64,000 nt of DNA from Gemmatimonadaceae bacterium (GTDB lineage: Bacteria; Gemmatimonadota; Gemmatimonadetes; Gemmatimonadales; Gemmatimonadaceae): positions 480,001 through 544,000 of the forward strand of contig JBJMOW010000005.1 in NCBI GenBank assembly GCA_045803545.1, read 5' to 3'. Positions 48,993-57,943 of the stretch are shown here, in pieces; the stretch's first letter is position 1, and each line of letters opens with the position of its first letter. A model generated the notes under the pieces. The model searched no databases. It worked only from the letters and a program-made list of their open reading frames with translations, and was not told the DNA's origin. The position numbers and the translations under genes were made by a program.

Positions 48993-49778
48993 TCAAATGC
49001 TCTCAGCAAAACGAGGTTCAAGTCTGCGGAAGAACACTACGCCACCGCAGAGCAAGAGAGTCGCGGCAATCGCACTGTAGGCGAGCCATGCCACGTCTGG
49101 CGGACGCATGCGGACTATCGTCGCCTGCAATCCATCCAGCACAACAGCGACCGGATTCAGCATCAGAACCCAGCGCCACTTTCCCGCCAGCGATGCATCG
49201 TAGAGCACGGGCGTGAAGAAAATGGCGAAAGTAAGAATCACTTCCACGATGTATTTGATGTCCCGAAAAAAAAGATTTGCTGCGGCGAATAGTATCGAGA
49301 GTCCTGCGGTGAACAGCACCAGCGTCACCAACAGCGCGGGGATCCACACCATCGTGACCGCGAACCTGACGCCGCTCAGTGGTAAGAGGAGCACCAGCAC
49401 CGGAAAGGCAATTGCCATATCGAAGAGCGATGTCAGCACTGACGACAGCGGGAACACCAGGCGTGGGAATTTGATCTTCGTGACCAGGTTGCTGTTTCCC
49501 GTCAGACTGGTGGTGCCAAAGCGCAGTGCCGAGACGAAGAATGCCCACGGCAATGCTTTTATGCCGATTCCCCCAATATCTGCGGATGTGATGGGAACCC
49601 CGGAAACCTTCGCCGCAACAATCCTTACCATGATTCCCGCGCCAGTAATGATCAGAGGCATCAGTATGGCCCAAAGTAGGCCCATCACAGATTGCTTGTA
49701 CCGAATTCTGATCTCACGCCAGGTAATCATGTAGAGCAGCTCGCGGTTGCGCGCGATCTCCTTTATCGCTTCGATCAT
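48993..49778 (-). CDS. wzm: Polysaccharide ABC transporter permease
   Basis: RYKQS.MG.LW..L.P, K..FPR, FRD, F.TPV.Y and LNP motifs. Confidence 0.93.
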   Translation of the reverse strand: MIEAIKEIARNRELLYMITWREIRIRYKQSVMGLLWAILMPLIITGAGIMVRIVAAKVSGVPITSADIGGIGIKALPWAFFVSALRFGTTSLTGNSNLVTKIKFPRLVFPLSSVLTSLFDMAIAFPVLVLLLPLSGVRFAVTMVWIPALLVTLVLFTAGLSILFAAANLFFRDIKYIVEVILTFAIFFTPVLYDASLAGKWRWVLMLNPVAVVLDGLQATIVRMRPPDVAWLAYSAIAATLLLCGGVVFFRRLEPRFAESI

Positions 49779-50773
49779 GCGCTCACCGTGCGCTGCCGCA
49801 TTCGAGCGATTCTCGATCGCTCGTTAATAATCCATTTTGGCTTGACCATCGCTTTCACCGTAGCCCGTGCAATGTGCGGAGCCAGCTGCAGCCTCGACGG
49901 CAGGTCCTCTCCGATGGTGGCAAGGGCACGCCGATGATAATCCCAGAACTCGGGCTCGCGTTTGAGTAAGACTCCTTCAGCGAGAATTCTCAGAAAATCA
50001 GCGCGCGCCGGACGCAGTCGACGAGGCAGCTCTTCCTCGGTGAGAAAAGCCGCCCCGTACTTCCTGAGAATCGTGTAGATGAACGGCCGCCGCCAATGAA
50101 AGCTTTCAATCGCCGTCAACACGCCCTCGTTTCCGCGTCGGCTGAAAGTCAAAACCTGATGCACAAAACCAAGATCAGCCTCAGCCAATACCTCGTGACA
50201 AAGTTCGGTGTCCTCGTGCATGGACGATTCCGAGAAAAAAGGCCGGCGATTGGCGAGCAGATCGGCGCGGTATAGCAGGTTTGTCGGAGTCCCAAACAAA
50301 TACAGATTATCCAGCAAATGCAGTCGACCCGCGACCCGGCCCGGTATTACTTCCGTTGGCCACTCGACGCCGCTGCCACACACGAATCGGCCTTCGAGGT
50401 AATACGAGCTGACAATCGCTACTGACGGGTGGGCCTCGGCGACCGCCACCATCCGCTCCAGACATTCGGGAAAAATAAAATCGTCGGCGAGCACCATCTT
50501 CACATAACGCGCCTCGCGGTTTACGCGACGGAGAGCATTGTTGTAGTTCGGTACCTGATCGAGAAACCGCCGGTTGCGTACGAGCTTTATCCGGTTATCC
50601 TGACATGCAAAGAAAGCGGCGATCTCGGATGAGCCGTCTGTACTCTGGTTGTCGACCAGGATGTATTCGAAGTTCTCGTAGGTTTGGGACAGAACGCTCT
50701 GAATGCATTCGGCGAGATACTCGGCGGTATTGAAGAACGGGGTGACAACGCTGACGAATGGTTGTTCGCTCAC
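49775..50773 (-). CDS. Glycosyltransferase family 2
   Basis: VSVVTP.FN...YL.ECI.SVL.QT, VDNQSTD, ADD and ED motifs. Confidence 0.92.
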   Translation of the reverse strand: MSEQPFVSVVTPFFNTAEYLAECIQSVLSQTYENFEYILVDNQSTDGSSEIAAFFACQDNRIKLVRNRRFLDQVPNYNNALRRVNREARYVKMVLADDFIFPECLERMVAVAEAHPSVAIVSSYYLEGRFVCGSGVEWPTEVIPGRVAGRLHLLDNLYLFGTPTNLLYRADLLANRRPFFSESSMHEDTELCHEVLAEADLGFVHQVLTFSRRGNEGVLTAIESFHWRRPFIYTILRKYGAAFLTEEELPRRLRPARADFLRILAEGVLLKREPEFWDYHRRALATIGEDLPSRLQLAPHIARATVKAMVKPKWIINERSRIARMRQRTVSA

Positions 50774-52119
50774 CGACGCCTCATTAGATGCGGCAGCATC
50801 TCATCCTGCTGGCGAATTGCTGCCCGCGCCCAGCTCACGTACTCCGCCAGCTTGCGCTCGCACGGCGCAAGGTTTTTCGTTAGCTCGCGCAACATAATGC
50901 AAACCTGTTCCGCGGTAACTGTCGGCAGATCAGTGCAGTACGCGGTCAATCCGACATCGCCCATTACTGCGCGTACCTTGCGCTCATGGGAGATCGCGAG
51001 TACCGGCCGCCCGGTATTTATCGCCAGCAGAACTCCGTGAAGACGACTGGAAACGACAATGTCCATTTGGCGGAAAAATGTTAGAAGCGCGTCCGGTGTG
51101 CGGTGCTCGTTGATGGAGCATTTGTCACGGGTCCTGGCGTCGAGCTTACCACGGACATCCACGACGGCTTTCATATCTGCCGGATCGGTGACAAACAGAT
51201 GCACGCGATCACCGCGAACTACGCGGTCAACGACAATCGCGGCCCACAAGTCTACGAACCGCTCATATGCACTGGCGTCGGCCGTTGGCCAGTTACCCGG
51301 CCGCAGATATACCATTGGGCTGATCGCGACATCGTAGCCCGGCCTTTTTCGTGGAAAGGGCGGCGCCGGCTTCAGCCCAAACGCCAGATCCGGAATTATC
51401 GGGAGATCCTTCGAGATCCCCAGCTGCGTCGTGAGGGAACGGGAACCGGCGTCGCGAACGGAGCAGTATTTCGATTGGCGGATCGCGTAGCGCAACAGCC
51501 ACCGACTCAGTTTGCCGCGCGCCGACCCGTAGCCAACGCTGAGAAAAGCGAAGGGCACCCCGGCGCGTCGCGCCAACCACGCCCATCGTGCCAAGGCATA
51601 CGGCTGACCCATCGCACCGCCCCACGCCGCATCGAGCTGCCCGCCGCCGGCCGCCAACAGAAGATCCGCGTCCTTGAGAAAGCTCCAAGCTGTGCGCATG
51701 GACATCGTTTCGAAAACCGTCGATGCGGTCAAATCCGCTACGGTCTTCATGATGCTGTTAGCAATAGGCACGCGTCGAACACGACGGGCTAACCCTCTCG
51801 CCGCTCGCACCGCAAACGGTCCATCGTCTCGAGCCGATAAAAACATCGGTCGACTAATGCCGGTGAGATAGTCCGCGGCGACGCCGTGGTTTGCGCGCGT
51901 TCGTTCCGGATTCAGCGTGAAAGCGTGCAGACGCGCATTCGGCCATTGAGCGCGGAGAGTTGCGAACGTCGCCTGAAGAATCGCTTCGTCACCGAGATTG
52001 CCCCAGCCCGATGGGTAAACGACGCCAATTGTTGGGGCTCGTCGCGAGGTTTCACTGATGCTTCTCGGGCCGCAGCTCGCAGCGTCGGCGGCGCGTAATT
52101 CAGTCAGTACGGCTGTCAC
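50770..52119 (-). CDS. Polysaccharide pyruvyl transferase family protein
   Basis: GNLGD.AI, GGG, SVRD..S, PDLAF and SRLHG motifs. Confidence 0.9.
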   Translation of the reverse strand: MTAVLTELRAADAASCGPRSISETSRRAPTIGVVYPSGWGNLGDEAILQATFATLRAQWPNARLHAFTLNPERTRANHGVAADYLTGISRPMFLSARDDGPFAVRAARGLARRVRRVPIANSIMKTVADLTASTVFETMSMRTAWSFLKDADLLLAAGGGQLDAAWGGAMGQPYALARWAWLARRAGVPFAFLSVGYGSARGKLSRWLLRYAIRQSKYCSVRDAGSRSLTTQLGISKDLPIIPDLAFGLKPAPPFPRKRPGYDVAISPMVYLRPGNWPTADASAYERFVDLWAAIVVDRVVRGDRVHLFVTDPADMKAVVDVRGKLDARTRDKCSINEHRTPDALLTFFRQMDIVVSSRLHGVLLAINTGRPVLAISHERKVRAVMGDVGLTAYCTDLPTVTAEQVCIMLRELTKNLAPCERKLAEYVSWARAAIRQQDEMLPHLMRRR

Positions 52120-52133
52120 GCTCGATGGTTCAC

Positions 52134-53495
52134 CTAGTTGAATGGGCGGAACACCGGCTTTACCTGGCGGCCGTTGAGGTAATGAAGCGGTCCCTCGTCC
52201 AACGCGCGTGCGTAGACGCTTGCTGCATAATCAACGACATCAATGGTACGGTCGATGTCGCGCTCGGTGTGCGAGTAGCTGACCACAAATGAAGGCGCCA
52301 GGATTCCGCCGGCGATCAGCTCCTGCATGAACAGAGTTCGATAGGTCTGCGATGGCTGAAGGTCGAGATCTTTGGTTGCGAAAATGAGGTTGCAGCTTTT
52401 TCCGCGAACCTGGAGATAATCGTGAATGCCATGACGTCGAGCTATCTCCTCGAAGCCGTTTCGTAATCTCTCGCCGCGCGAGTACAGAGTATCGATAACA
52501 GGTTCCCGCTGATAAACGCGCATGGTGGCGATCGCCGCGACCAGAGAATGCGTCTCGGCACCATGTGTCGTGGAAAGCAGAAACACTCGCTCTCCAGTAT
52601 GTCGCAGTCCCCCTCGTTCCATGATCTCGCGTTTGCCAGCCAGCGCCGCGACCGCAAATCCGTTCGCGAGCGCCTTGCCAAACGTCGATAAGTCTGGAAT
52701 CACTCCGTGTGTACGTTGCGCGCCCCCCAGGTGCCATCGAAAACCGGTGATCATCTCATCGAAAATGAGCAGAGCGCCAAACTTGTCGCACAGCGCGCGT
52801 ACTTCCTCGAGGAAGCCCGGACGTGGTGCGATTGAGGTTTCCGCTTCGAGGATCACGCAGGCGATGCGACCACGATGGGAGGAGAACAGACTCTCCAAGC
52901 TGGAGATGTCGTTGTAGTTGAACTTGAGCGTAAGTTCTCGTACCGCGCGCGGGATTCCTCCCGGGATTGCCGTCGACCCAATAAACCAGTCGTCGGTGGA
53001 AAGGAATGATTGGTCGCTGCAAATAGCGATATAGTCGCGACCGGTAAACGCGCGAGCGAGTTTAACGGCGGCGGTTGTCGCGTCCGAGCCGTTCTTTGCG
53101 AACTTTACCATTTCTGCGGTGGTCACGCAGTCAAGAAACACTTCAGCAGCTTCGACTTCACGCGCACTCGGTCGCGTAAAGTTCGTTCCGTTTGCCAACT
53201 CGCGTTTTACAGCTTCGATAACCGGGGGAAAGGCGTGCCCGAGACCAACTGAACGCAGACCCATGCCGTATTCGATATACTCGCTGCCATCAAGGTCCCA
53301 GACATGAGACCCACGTCCGTACGCGATGAACGGCGGGGCCAGCTCCGGATACTGATCGTCGCCCTTGGCGTAGGTGTGAGCACCACCCGGGATCAGATCG
53401 TGCGCGCGCTGTTGAAGCGAACGTGCCCACATCGAGACCGGAAGGGTCGGTTGCGAGACGGGTAGCGTTGGTTGCGGCGTGCTGAGAGTCGCCAT
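52134..53495 (-). CDS. Class III aminotransferase, glutamate-1-semialdehyde aminomutase-like (polysaccharide-locus paralog, not called hemL)
   Basis: IPGGAHTYAKG, KNGSDAT, FDEMITGFR and TFGKALANG motifs; AGAGG RBS. Confidence 0.88.
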   Translation of the reverse strand: MATLSTPQPTLPVSQPTLPVSMWARSLQQRAHDLIPGGAHTYAKGDDQYPELAPPFIAYGRGSHVWDLDGSEYIEYGMGLRSVGLGHAFPPVIEAVKRELANGTNFTRPSAREVEAAEVFLDCVTTAEMVKFAKNGSDATTAAVKLARAFTGRDYIAICSDQSFLSTDDWFIGSTAIPGGIPRAVRELTLKFNYNDISSLESLFSSHRGRIACVILEAETSIAPRPGFLEEVRALCDKFGALLIFDEMITGFRWHLGGAQRTHGVIPDLSTFGKALANGFAVAALAGKREIMERGGLRHTGERVFLLSTTHGAETHSLVAAIATMRVYQREPVIDTLYSRGERLRNGFEEIARRHGIHDYLQVRGKSCNLIFATKDLDLQPSQTYRTLFMQELIAGGILAPSFVVSYSHTERDIDRTIDVVDYAASVYARALDEGPLHYLNGRQVKPVFRPFN

Positions 53496-53567
53496 CGATA
53501 TCCTCTTGGACGGCCTTAGTGGGCGGTTGGTGCTTGCTGGGTTGAGCTGTGCTCGCCGCGACTGAAG

Positions 53568-53582
53568 GCAATCGTGAGACCA
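53568..53582 (-). promoter_or_regulatory. Sigma-54 promoter candidate
   Basis: TGGTCTCACGATTGC (TGG-N8-TTGC), 73 nt above the ATG at 53495. Confidence 0.45.
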
Positions 53583-53956
53583 CCGTAAACTGTCGCTTTA
53601 ACCGCATCGGCAGGTCGCTGCCAGGCAAATTGTTGCGCGCCGTCGTCCACATGATGCGCGTGTACACAAGGTGCGTCGCAATCGCAGGAGCGTACTGACT
53701 GAACCACGCACGTAAATCCAGAGCCAGTGCCGTATCCTGGTACTTGACCGCGTCTATAGTAGGCCAAGTCTGTCCAACAACGAGCGCAGGCACGTGCGAT
53801 CTACTTACCTCGCACTGTTGCGCGGAGCCGACAGGTCTGGGCTTGCAAGCTACACTGAGACGCTCGCGTTGCCGCGATCTCGCGCTCAAGCGCCGTTGAA
53901 AATGCCGCCGACGCCACCTGAGGCGAATCGGTGAGCGCAAAAACTATGTCTGACTC

Positions 53957-53971
53957 TGGCGAGCGATTTGC
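53957..53971 (+). promoter_or_regulatory. Sigma-54 promoter candidate
   Basis: TGGCGAGCGATTTGC (TGGC-N7-TTGC), 72 nt above the ATG at 54043. Confidence 0.55.
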
Positions 53972-54042
53972 CAAAACCGGCCGCAAGGTTTGCTTCACCG
54001 CGCTCGGAAACGTTGTCGTTCACAAGGGAGGCTGTACCACGA

Positions 54043-55335
54043 ATGGCTGTCCTCGACCAAATCCCCCTCCGCTCTGAATTCTCGCCACGCACCGGCCGGC
54101 CGATCTCGGGGAGCTGCCGTTTTTGCGGGACACGCTTTGCCAATCGAGTCGTAGACCTCGGAATGTCTCCACTTTGCGAGAGTTTTATCGGTTATGACCA
54201 ATTGAACCAGATGGAGCGCTTTTACCCACTCCAAGTCTGGGTTTGCCACGAATGCTACCTCGTTCAAATCGAGGAGTATGTGTCAGGCGAAGAGATTTTC
54301 TCGGACTATGCGTACTTCTCTTCATTTTCCGATTCCTGGCTCAATCACGCGAAGAGCTACGTCGAGCAGATGATTGCACAGCTAGAGCTCACACGCCGCA
54401 ATCGCGTCGTCGAGATCGCAAGCAACGATGGCTACCTGTTGCAGTTCTTCGTTCAGCGAGGAATCCCTTCGCTGGGTATCGAACCCGCGGCCAACGTCGC
54501 GAAGGCTGCAGAGGAGAAGGGTGTCCCGACGCTCGTCAGGTTTTTTGGTACTGACCTCGCCAGAGAACTCGCCGCCGCTGGTCAGCAAGCGGACCTGATT
54601 CTGGGCAACAATGTCCTCGCGCAGGTTCCCGATCTCAATGATTTCGTAGCCGGAATAAAAATCCTCCTCGCCCCCTCGGGGGTAGCCACCATCGAGTTCC
54701 CACACCTGCTGCGAACGATCGAGGGCAATCAGTTTGACCAGATCTACCACGAACACTTTTCATACTTTTCGCTTTACGCGGCTGAGCGAATTTTTTCCGC
54801 TCATGGCCTTCCCGTTTTTGATGTCGAGGAGTTGCCGACGCACGGCGGATCCATCCGCATATATGCACGCCATGCGGATGACCACTCAAAGGAAACAACG
54901 CGCCGGCTGATCGAGCTGCGCCGAATCGAGGAAGAGGCGGGCGTTGCCTCAATCGAATATTACGCCGGATTCGAAAAGAAAGTCCACGCGGCGAAGCGGA
55001 AGCTTTTGGAGTTCCTGATCGAAGCAAAGGCATCAGGCAAAAAAGTCGTCGGCTATGGAGCGCCTGGAAAAGGCAACACGTTGCTGAACTTCTGTGGCAT
55101 CAGAACCGACTTCGTGGATTTCACCGTTGACCGCAATCCGCACAAACACGGCAAGTACCTCCCGGGAACACATATACCAATCCTGGCGCCCGAACGGTTG
55201 TGGGATGCGAGGCCGGATTACGTTCTAATTCTTCCGTGGAATCTCAGATCGGAAATCATGTCGCAGCTGGCAGGCATCAGGCAGTGGGGTGGAAAGTTTT
55301 TGGTTCCAATCCCCGAGGTAGCGGTCTTTCCGTGA
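54043..55335 (+). CDS. NDP-hexose C-methyltransferase (Zn-binding, SAM and C-methyltransferase C-terminal domains)
   Basis: CRFCG...CHECYLVQ, EIASNDGYLL, YHEH.SYF, HGGS and YGAPGKG motifs; GGAGG upstream of ATG 54043. Confidence 0.92.
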   Translation: MAVLDQIPLRSEFSPRTGRPISGSCRFCGTRFANRVVDLGMSPLCESFIGYDQLNQMERFYPLQVWVCHECYLVQIEEYVSGEEIFSDYAYFSSFSDSWLNHAKSYVEQMIAQLELTRRNRVVEIASNDGYLLQFFVQRGIPSLGIEPAANVAKAAEEKGVPTLVRFFGTDLARELAAAGQQADLILGNNVLAQVPDLNDFVAGIKILLAPSGVATIEFPHLLRTIEGNQFDQIYHEHFSYFSLYAAERIFSAHGLPVFDVEELPTHGGSIRIYARHADDHSKETTRRLIELRRIEEEAGVASIEYYAGFEKKVHAAKRKLLEFLIEAKASGKKVVGYGAPGKGNTLLNFCGIRTDFVDFTVDRNPHKHGKYLPGTHIPILAPERLWDARPDYVLILPWNLRSEIMSQLAGIRQWGGKFLVPIPEVAVFP

Positions 55336-55874
55336 TATTCAGGGCAACTCCCCTTTCCGGCGCTTTCGTGGTTCATACAGAACGCCACGAAGACGACCGC
55401 GGGTTTTTTGCACGAACCTGGTGTCGGCGTGAATTCGAGAGAATGGGGCTCAACACCGAACTGAGTCAGTGCAACGTCTCTTATAACCGGCGGCGCGGAA
55501 CGCTGCGCGGGATGCACTGGCAGGCACATCCCTTCGCCGAAGCCAAACTGATTAGATGCACTCGCGGAACGATATGGGACGTCATAATCGATCTCCGTGA
55601 TGATTCTCCGACTTACACGGAGTATTTCGGCGTGCCACTTTCCGCCGAGAACGCCCGTGCGTTGTACGTACCCGAGGGCATGGCGCACGGATTTGTTACG
55701 CTCGAAGATGACTGCGAGGTCTTCTATCAGATGTCGCAGTTTTATGAACCCGCCTCCGCGCGCGGCGTGCGCTGGAATGACCCGGCGTTCTCGATAAAGT
55801 GGCCGATGTCTGACCCAATTCTCCACCCACGCGACGCAGCGTATCCCGATTTCGCCAAACCGAGCCTGGTGTGA
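55332..55874 (+). CDS. rfbC: NDP-4-keto-6-deoxyhexose 3,5-epimerase
   Basis: D.RGFF, GTLRGMH.Q, KL.RC..G...DV..DLR, P.G.AHGF and WNDP motifs; GTGA overlap. Confidence 0.93.
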   Translation: MIFRATPLSGAFVVHTERHEDDRGFFARTWCRREFERMGLNTELSQCNVSYNRRRGTLRGMHWQAHPFAEAKLIRCTRGTIWDVIIDLRDDSPTYTEYFGVPLSAENARALYVPEGMAHGFVTLEDDCEVFYQMSQFYEPASARGVRWNDPAFSIKWPMSDPILHPRDAAYPDFAKPSLV

Positions 55875-57235
55875 ACACTTCCTACACCATCGACCCCGGT
55901 TGCGGCGAAGGAATGTTTGCGCTGATCGGAGATCTCTACCCGATCTGCCGCAGTATCACTGGTAACGGTGTTCGCGCGACACTACGCGAGCTGCAACGCA
56001 TTCTACCACTATCGATCTTTGAGGTCGACTCCGGCACCCGGGTCTTCGATTGGACTGTTCCGAATGAATGGAATATCGCAGACGCCTGGATAGCCGATGC
56101 GTCGGGCCAACGGGTAGTCGATTTTCGAAAATCGAATTTGCACGTAGTCAGTTACAGCGTCCCGGTGCACGCCCGGATGACGCTCTCGGAATTGCGCTCA
56201 CATTTGCACACTCTTCCGGAACAGCCGGACCTCATCCCCTACCGCACTTCCTACTACAAAGAGGATTGGGGATTCTGTTTGCCGCATCGTGTGTTGGAGC
56301 AGATGACTGACGGCGAATACGAGGTCTGCATCGATAGCACCCTTCGTCCCGGGACCCTGACTTACGGCGAATTGGTCCTGCCAGGATCGACGACTGACGA
56401 GATCCTCATCAGCACGCATGTCTGCCATCCTTCACTCGCAAACGACAACCTGTCTGGGATCGCCGTCTCTGCATTCCTCGCTCGCCACCTCGCCAGCCAG
56501 GAGCGGCATCACACATTCCGCTTCTTGTTCATTCCAGGAACGATCGGGTCGATAACCTGGCTCGCACTGCATCAAGACCACCTACAATCGATTAGACACG
56601 GCTTGGTATTGTCGTGCCTCGGGGATCGTGGACATGTCTCGTACAAGCGTAGCCGACGGAGGACAGCGCTTGTCGATCGCGCCGCGTCGCACGTTCTTGC
56701 TCAGCATGGCCCGCACACAATCAACGACTTTGTGCCCTACGGTTACGACGAGCGACAGTATTGTTCGCCCGGCATCGACCTTCCGGTGGGTTGCCTTACT
56801 CGCACGCCCAACGGTAAGTATCCCCAATACCATACCTCCGCCGACAATCTGGACTTTATCAGCGTCGAATTCTTGAACGACTCGCTCTCGACACTGTTGG
56901 AAATCATCGAAGTCGTCGAGCATAACCGCACTTACGTGACCATGAATCCAATGTGCGAACCCCAGCTCGGCAGGCGCGGCCTCTACAAAAACACGGGCGG
57001 CAGCTCACTGAAGGAGTTCGAGATGAGCCTGCTGTGGGTTCTGAACTTCTCGGACGGTACCCACTCGCTGCTCGACATCGCTGAGAGGGCATCTCTGCCA
57101 TTTGCAGTCGTGCGCAGCGCGGCGGAAGCTCTGGAGAGGGCCCAGTTGCTCCGGCCTCTCAGTCACAGCTTTGCTCATCGCGCGGCGATCGACCGGAGCA
57201 CCGTTCTTAGACCCGCTAAGGTCCGGCGACGGTGA
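55871..57235 (+). CDS. DUF4910 (DUF2172 plus winged HTH) Zn-aminopeptidase-like protein
   Basis: PICRSITG.GVR, W.VP.EW, SYY...WGFC, CHPS.ANDNLSG, DERQYCSPG, YHTS.D and EPQLG.RGLY motifs. Confidence 0.9.
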   Translation: MNTSYTIDPGCGEGMFALIGDLYPICRSITGNGVRATLRELQRILPLSIFEVDSGTRVFDWTVPNEWNIADAWIADASGQRVVDFRKSNLHVVSYSVPVHARMTLSELRSHLHTLPEQPDLIPYRTSYYKEDWGFCLPHRVLEQMTDGEYEVCIDSTLRPGTLTYGELVLPGSTTDEILISTHVCHPSLANDNLSGIAVSAFLARHLASQERHHTFRFLFIPGTIGSITWLALHQDHLQSIRHGLVLSCLGDRGHVSYKRSRRRTALVDRAASHVLAQHGPHTINDFVPYGYDERQYCSPGIDLPVGCLTRTPNGKYPQYHTSADNLDFISVEFLNDSLSTLLEIIEVVEHNRTYVTMNPMCEPQLGRRGLYKNTGGSSLKEFEMSLLWVLNFSDGTHSLLDIAERASLPFAVVRSAAEALERAQLLRPLSHSFAHRAAIDRSTVLRPAKVRRR

Positions 57236-57888
57236 AGCCAGTCTCCATACCGCAGTCAACGGAACCTCTGAAGATTCTGTGTCTTGGAGCGCACTCCGAC
57301 GACATCGAGATCGGATGCGGGGCAACCTTGATCGAGCTCGCTGAGAGAAACCCACGCCCGGAGTTTCGCTGGGTGGTTTGGAGCGCGTGTGGAGATCGCG
57401 CGCGCGAAGCGGCGCTCGGCGCGCGCGCCTTTCTCTGGCCATCCTCGGAGGCGGAAGCCGAGTTCCACGGTTTTCGCGATGGCTATTTCCCGAGTCAGTT
57501 CGGCGAAATCAAAGACGCCTTTGAGGTGCTGGCTAGAGACTTTCGACCTGACGTGGTGTTCACCCATTACCGGGACGACCGTCATCAGGACCACCGGGTC
57601 ATCTCCGACCTGACATGGAACACCTTCAGAAATCACGTCATCCTTGAATATGAGATCCCGAAATGGGACGGGGACGTCGGACAGCCGAACTACTACATCC
57701 CGATCTGTCGGGAAATCGCCGAGCGGAAGATCACGTCGCTGATGAAAGTATTCCAGACACAGAGAAGCAAAGATTGGTTCAGTCCGGAAACGTTCACGTC
57801 CATACTTCGCTTGCGCGGAATCGAATCACGCGCCCGAGAGGGCTTTGCTGAAGCCTTCCACGCCAGAAAGCTCGTATCAACGCTTTAG
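57232..57888 (+). CDS. PIG-L / LmbE family deacetylase
   Basis: AHSDDIEIGCG, D.HQDH and YEIPKWDGD motifs. Confidence 0.92.
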   Translation: MKPVSIPQSTEPLKILCLGAHSDDIEIGCGATLIELAERNPRPEFRWVVWSACGDRAREAALGARAFLWPSSEAEAEFHGFRDGYFPSQFGEIKDAFEVLARDFRPDVVFTHYRDDRHQDHRVISDLTWNTFRNHVILEYEIPKWDGDVGQPNYYIPICREIAERKITSLMKVFQTQRSKDWFSPETFTSILRLRGIESRAREGFAEAFHARKLVSTL

Positions 57889-57896
57889 CAAAAACG

Positions 57897-57935
57897 CTGC
57901 AGGCACCCAGGCGCATTGAGCGCCGGTGCCTGCAG
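57897..57935 (-). terminator. Hairpin between convergent genes; likely terminator of the minus-strand gene
   Basis: CTGCAGGCACC-CA-GGCGC-ATTGA-GCGCC-GGTGCCTGCAG, followed on the minus strand by CGTTTTT. Confidence 0.7.
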
Positions 57936-57943
57936 GGTATCGA

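Noticed and set aside
52134..53495. Calling this gene hemL (tetrapyrrole synthesis)
   Set aside because: The context is purely polysaccharide, and the HTYAKGDDQ-type N terminus fits the paralogs found in sugar loci.
53290..54143. Short ORFs in the divergent intergenic region, and similar ones at 28293-28946 and 63591-63950
   Set aside because: No recognisable motifs or RBS, and they overlap promoter-like elements or real genes.
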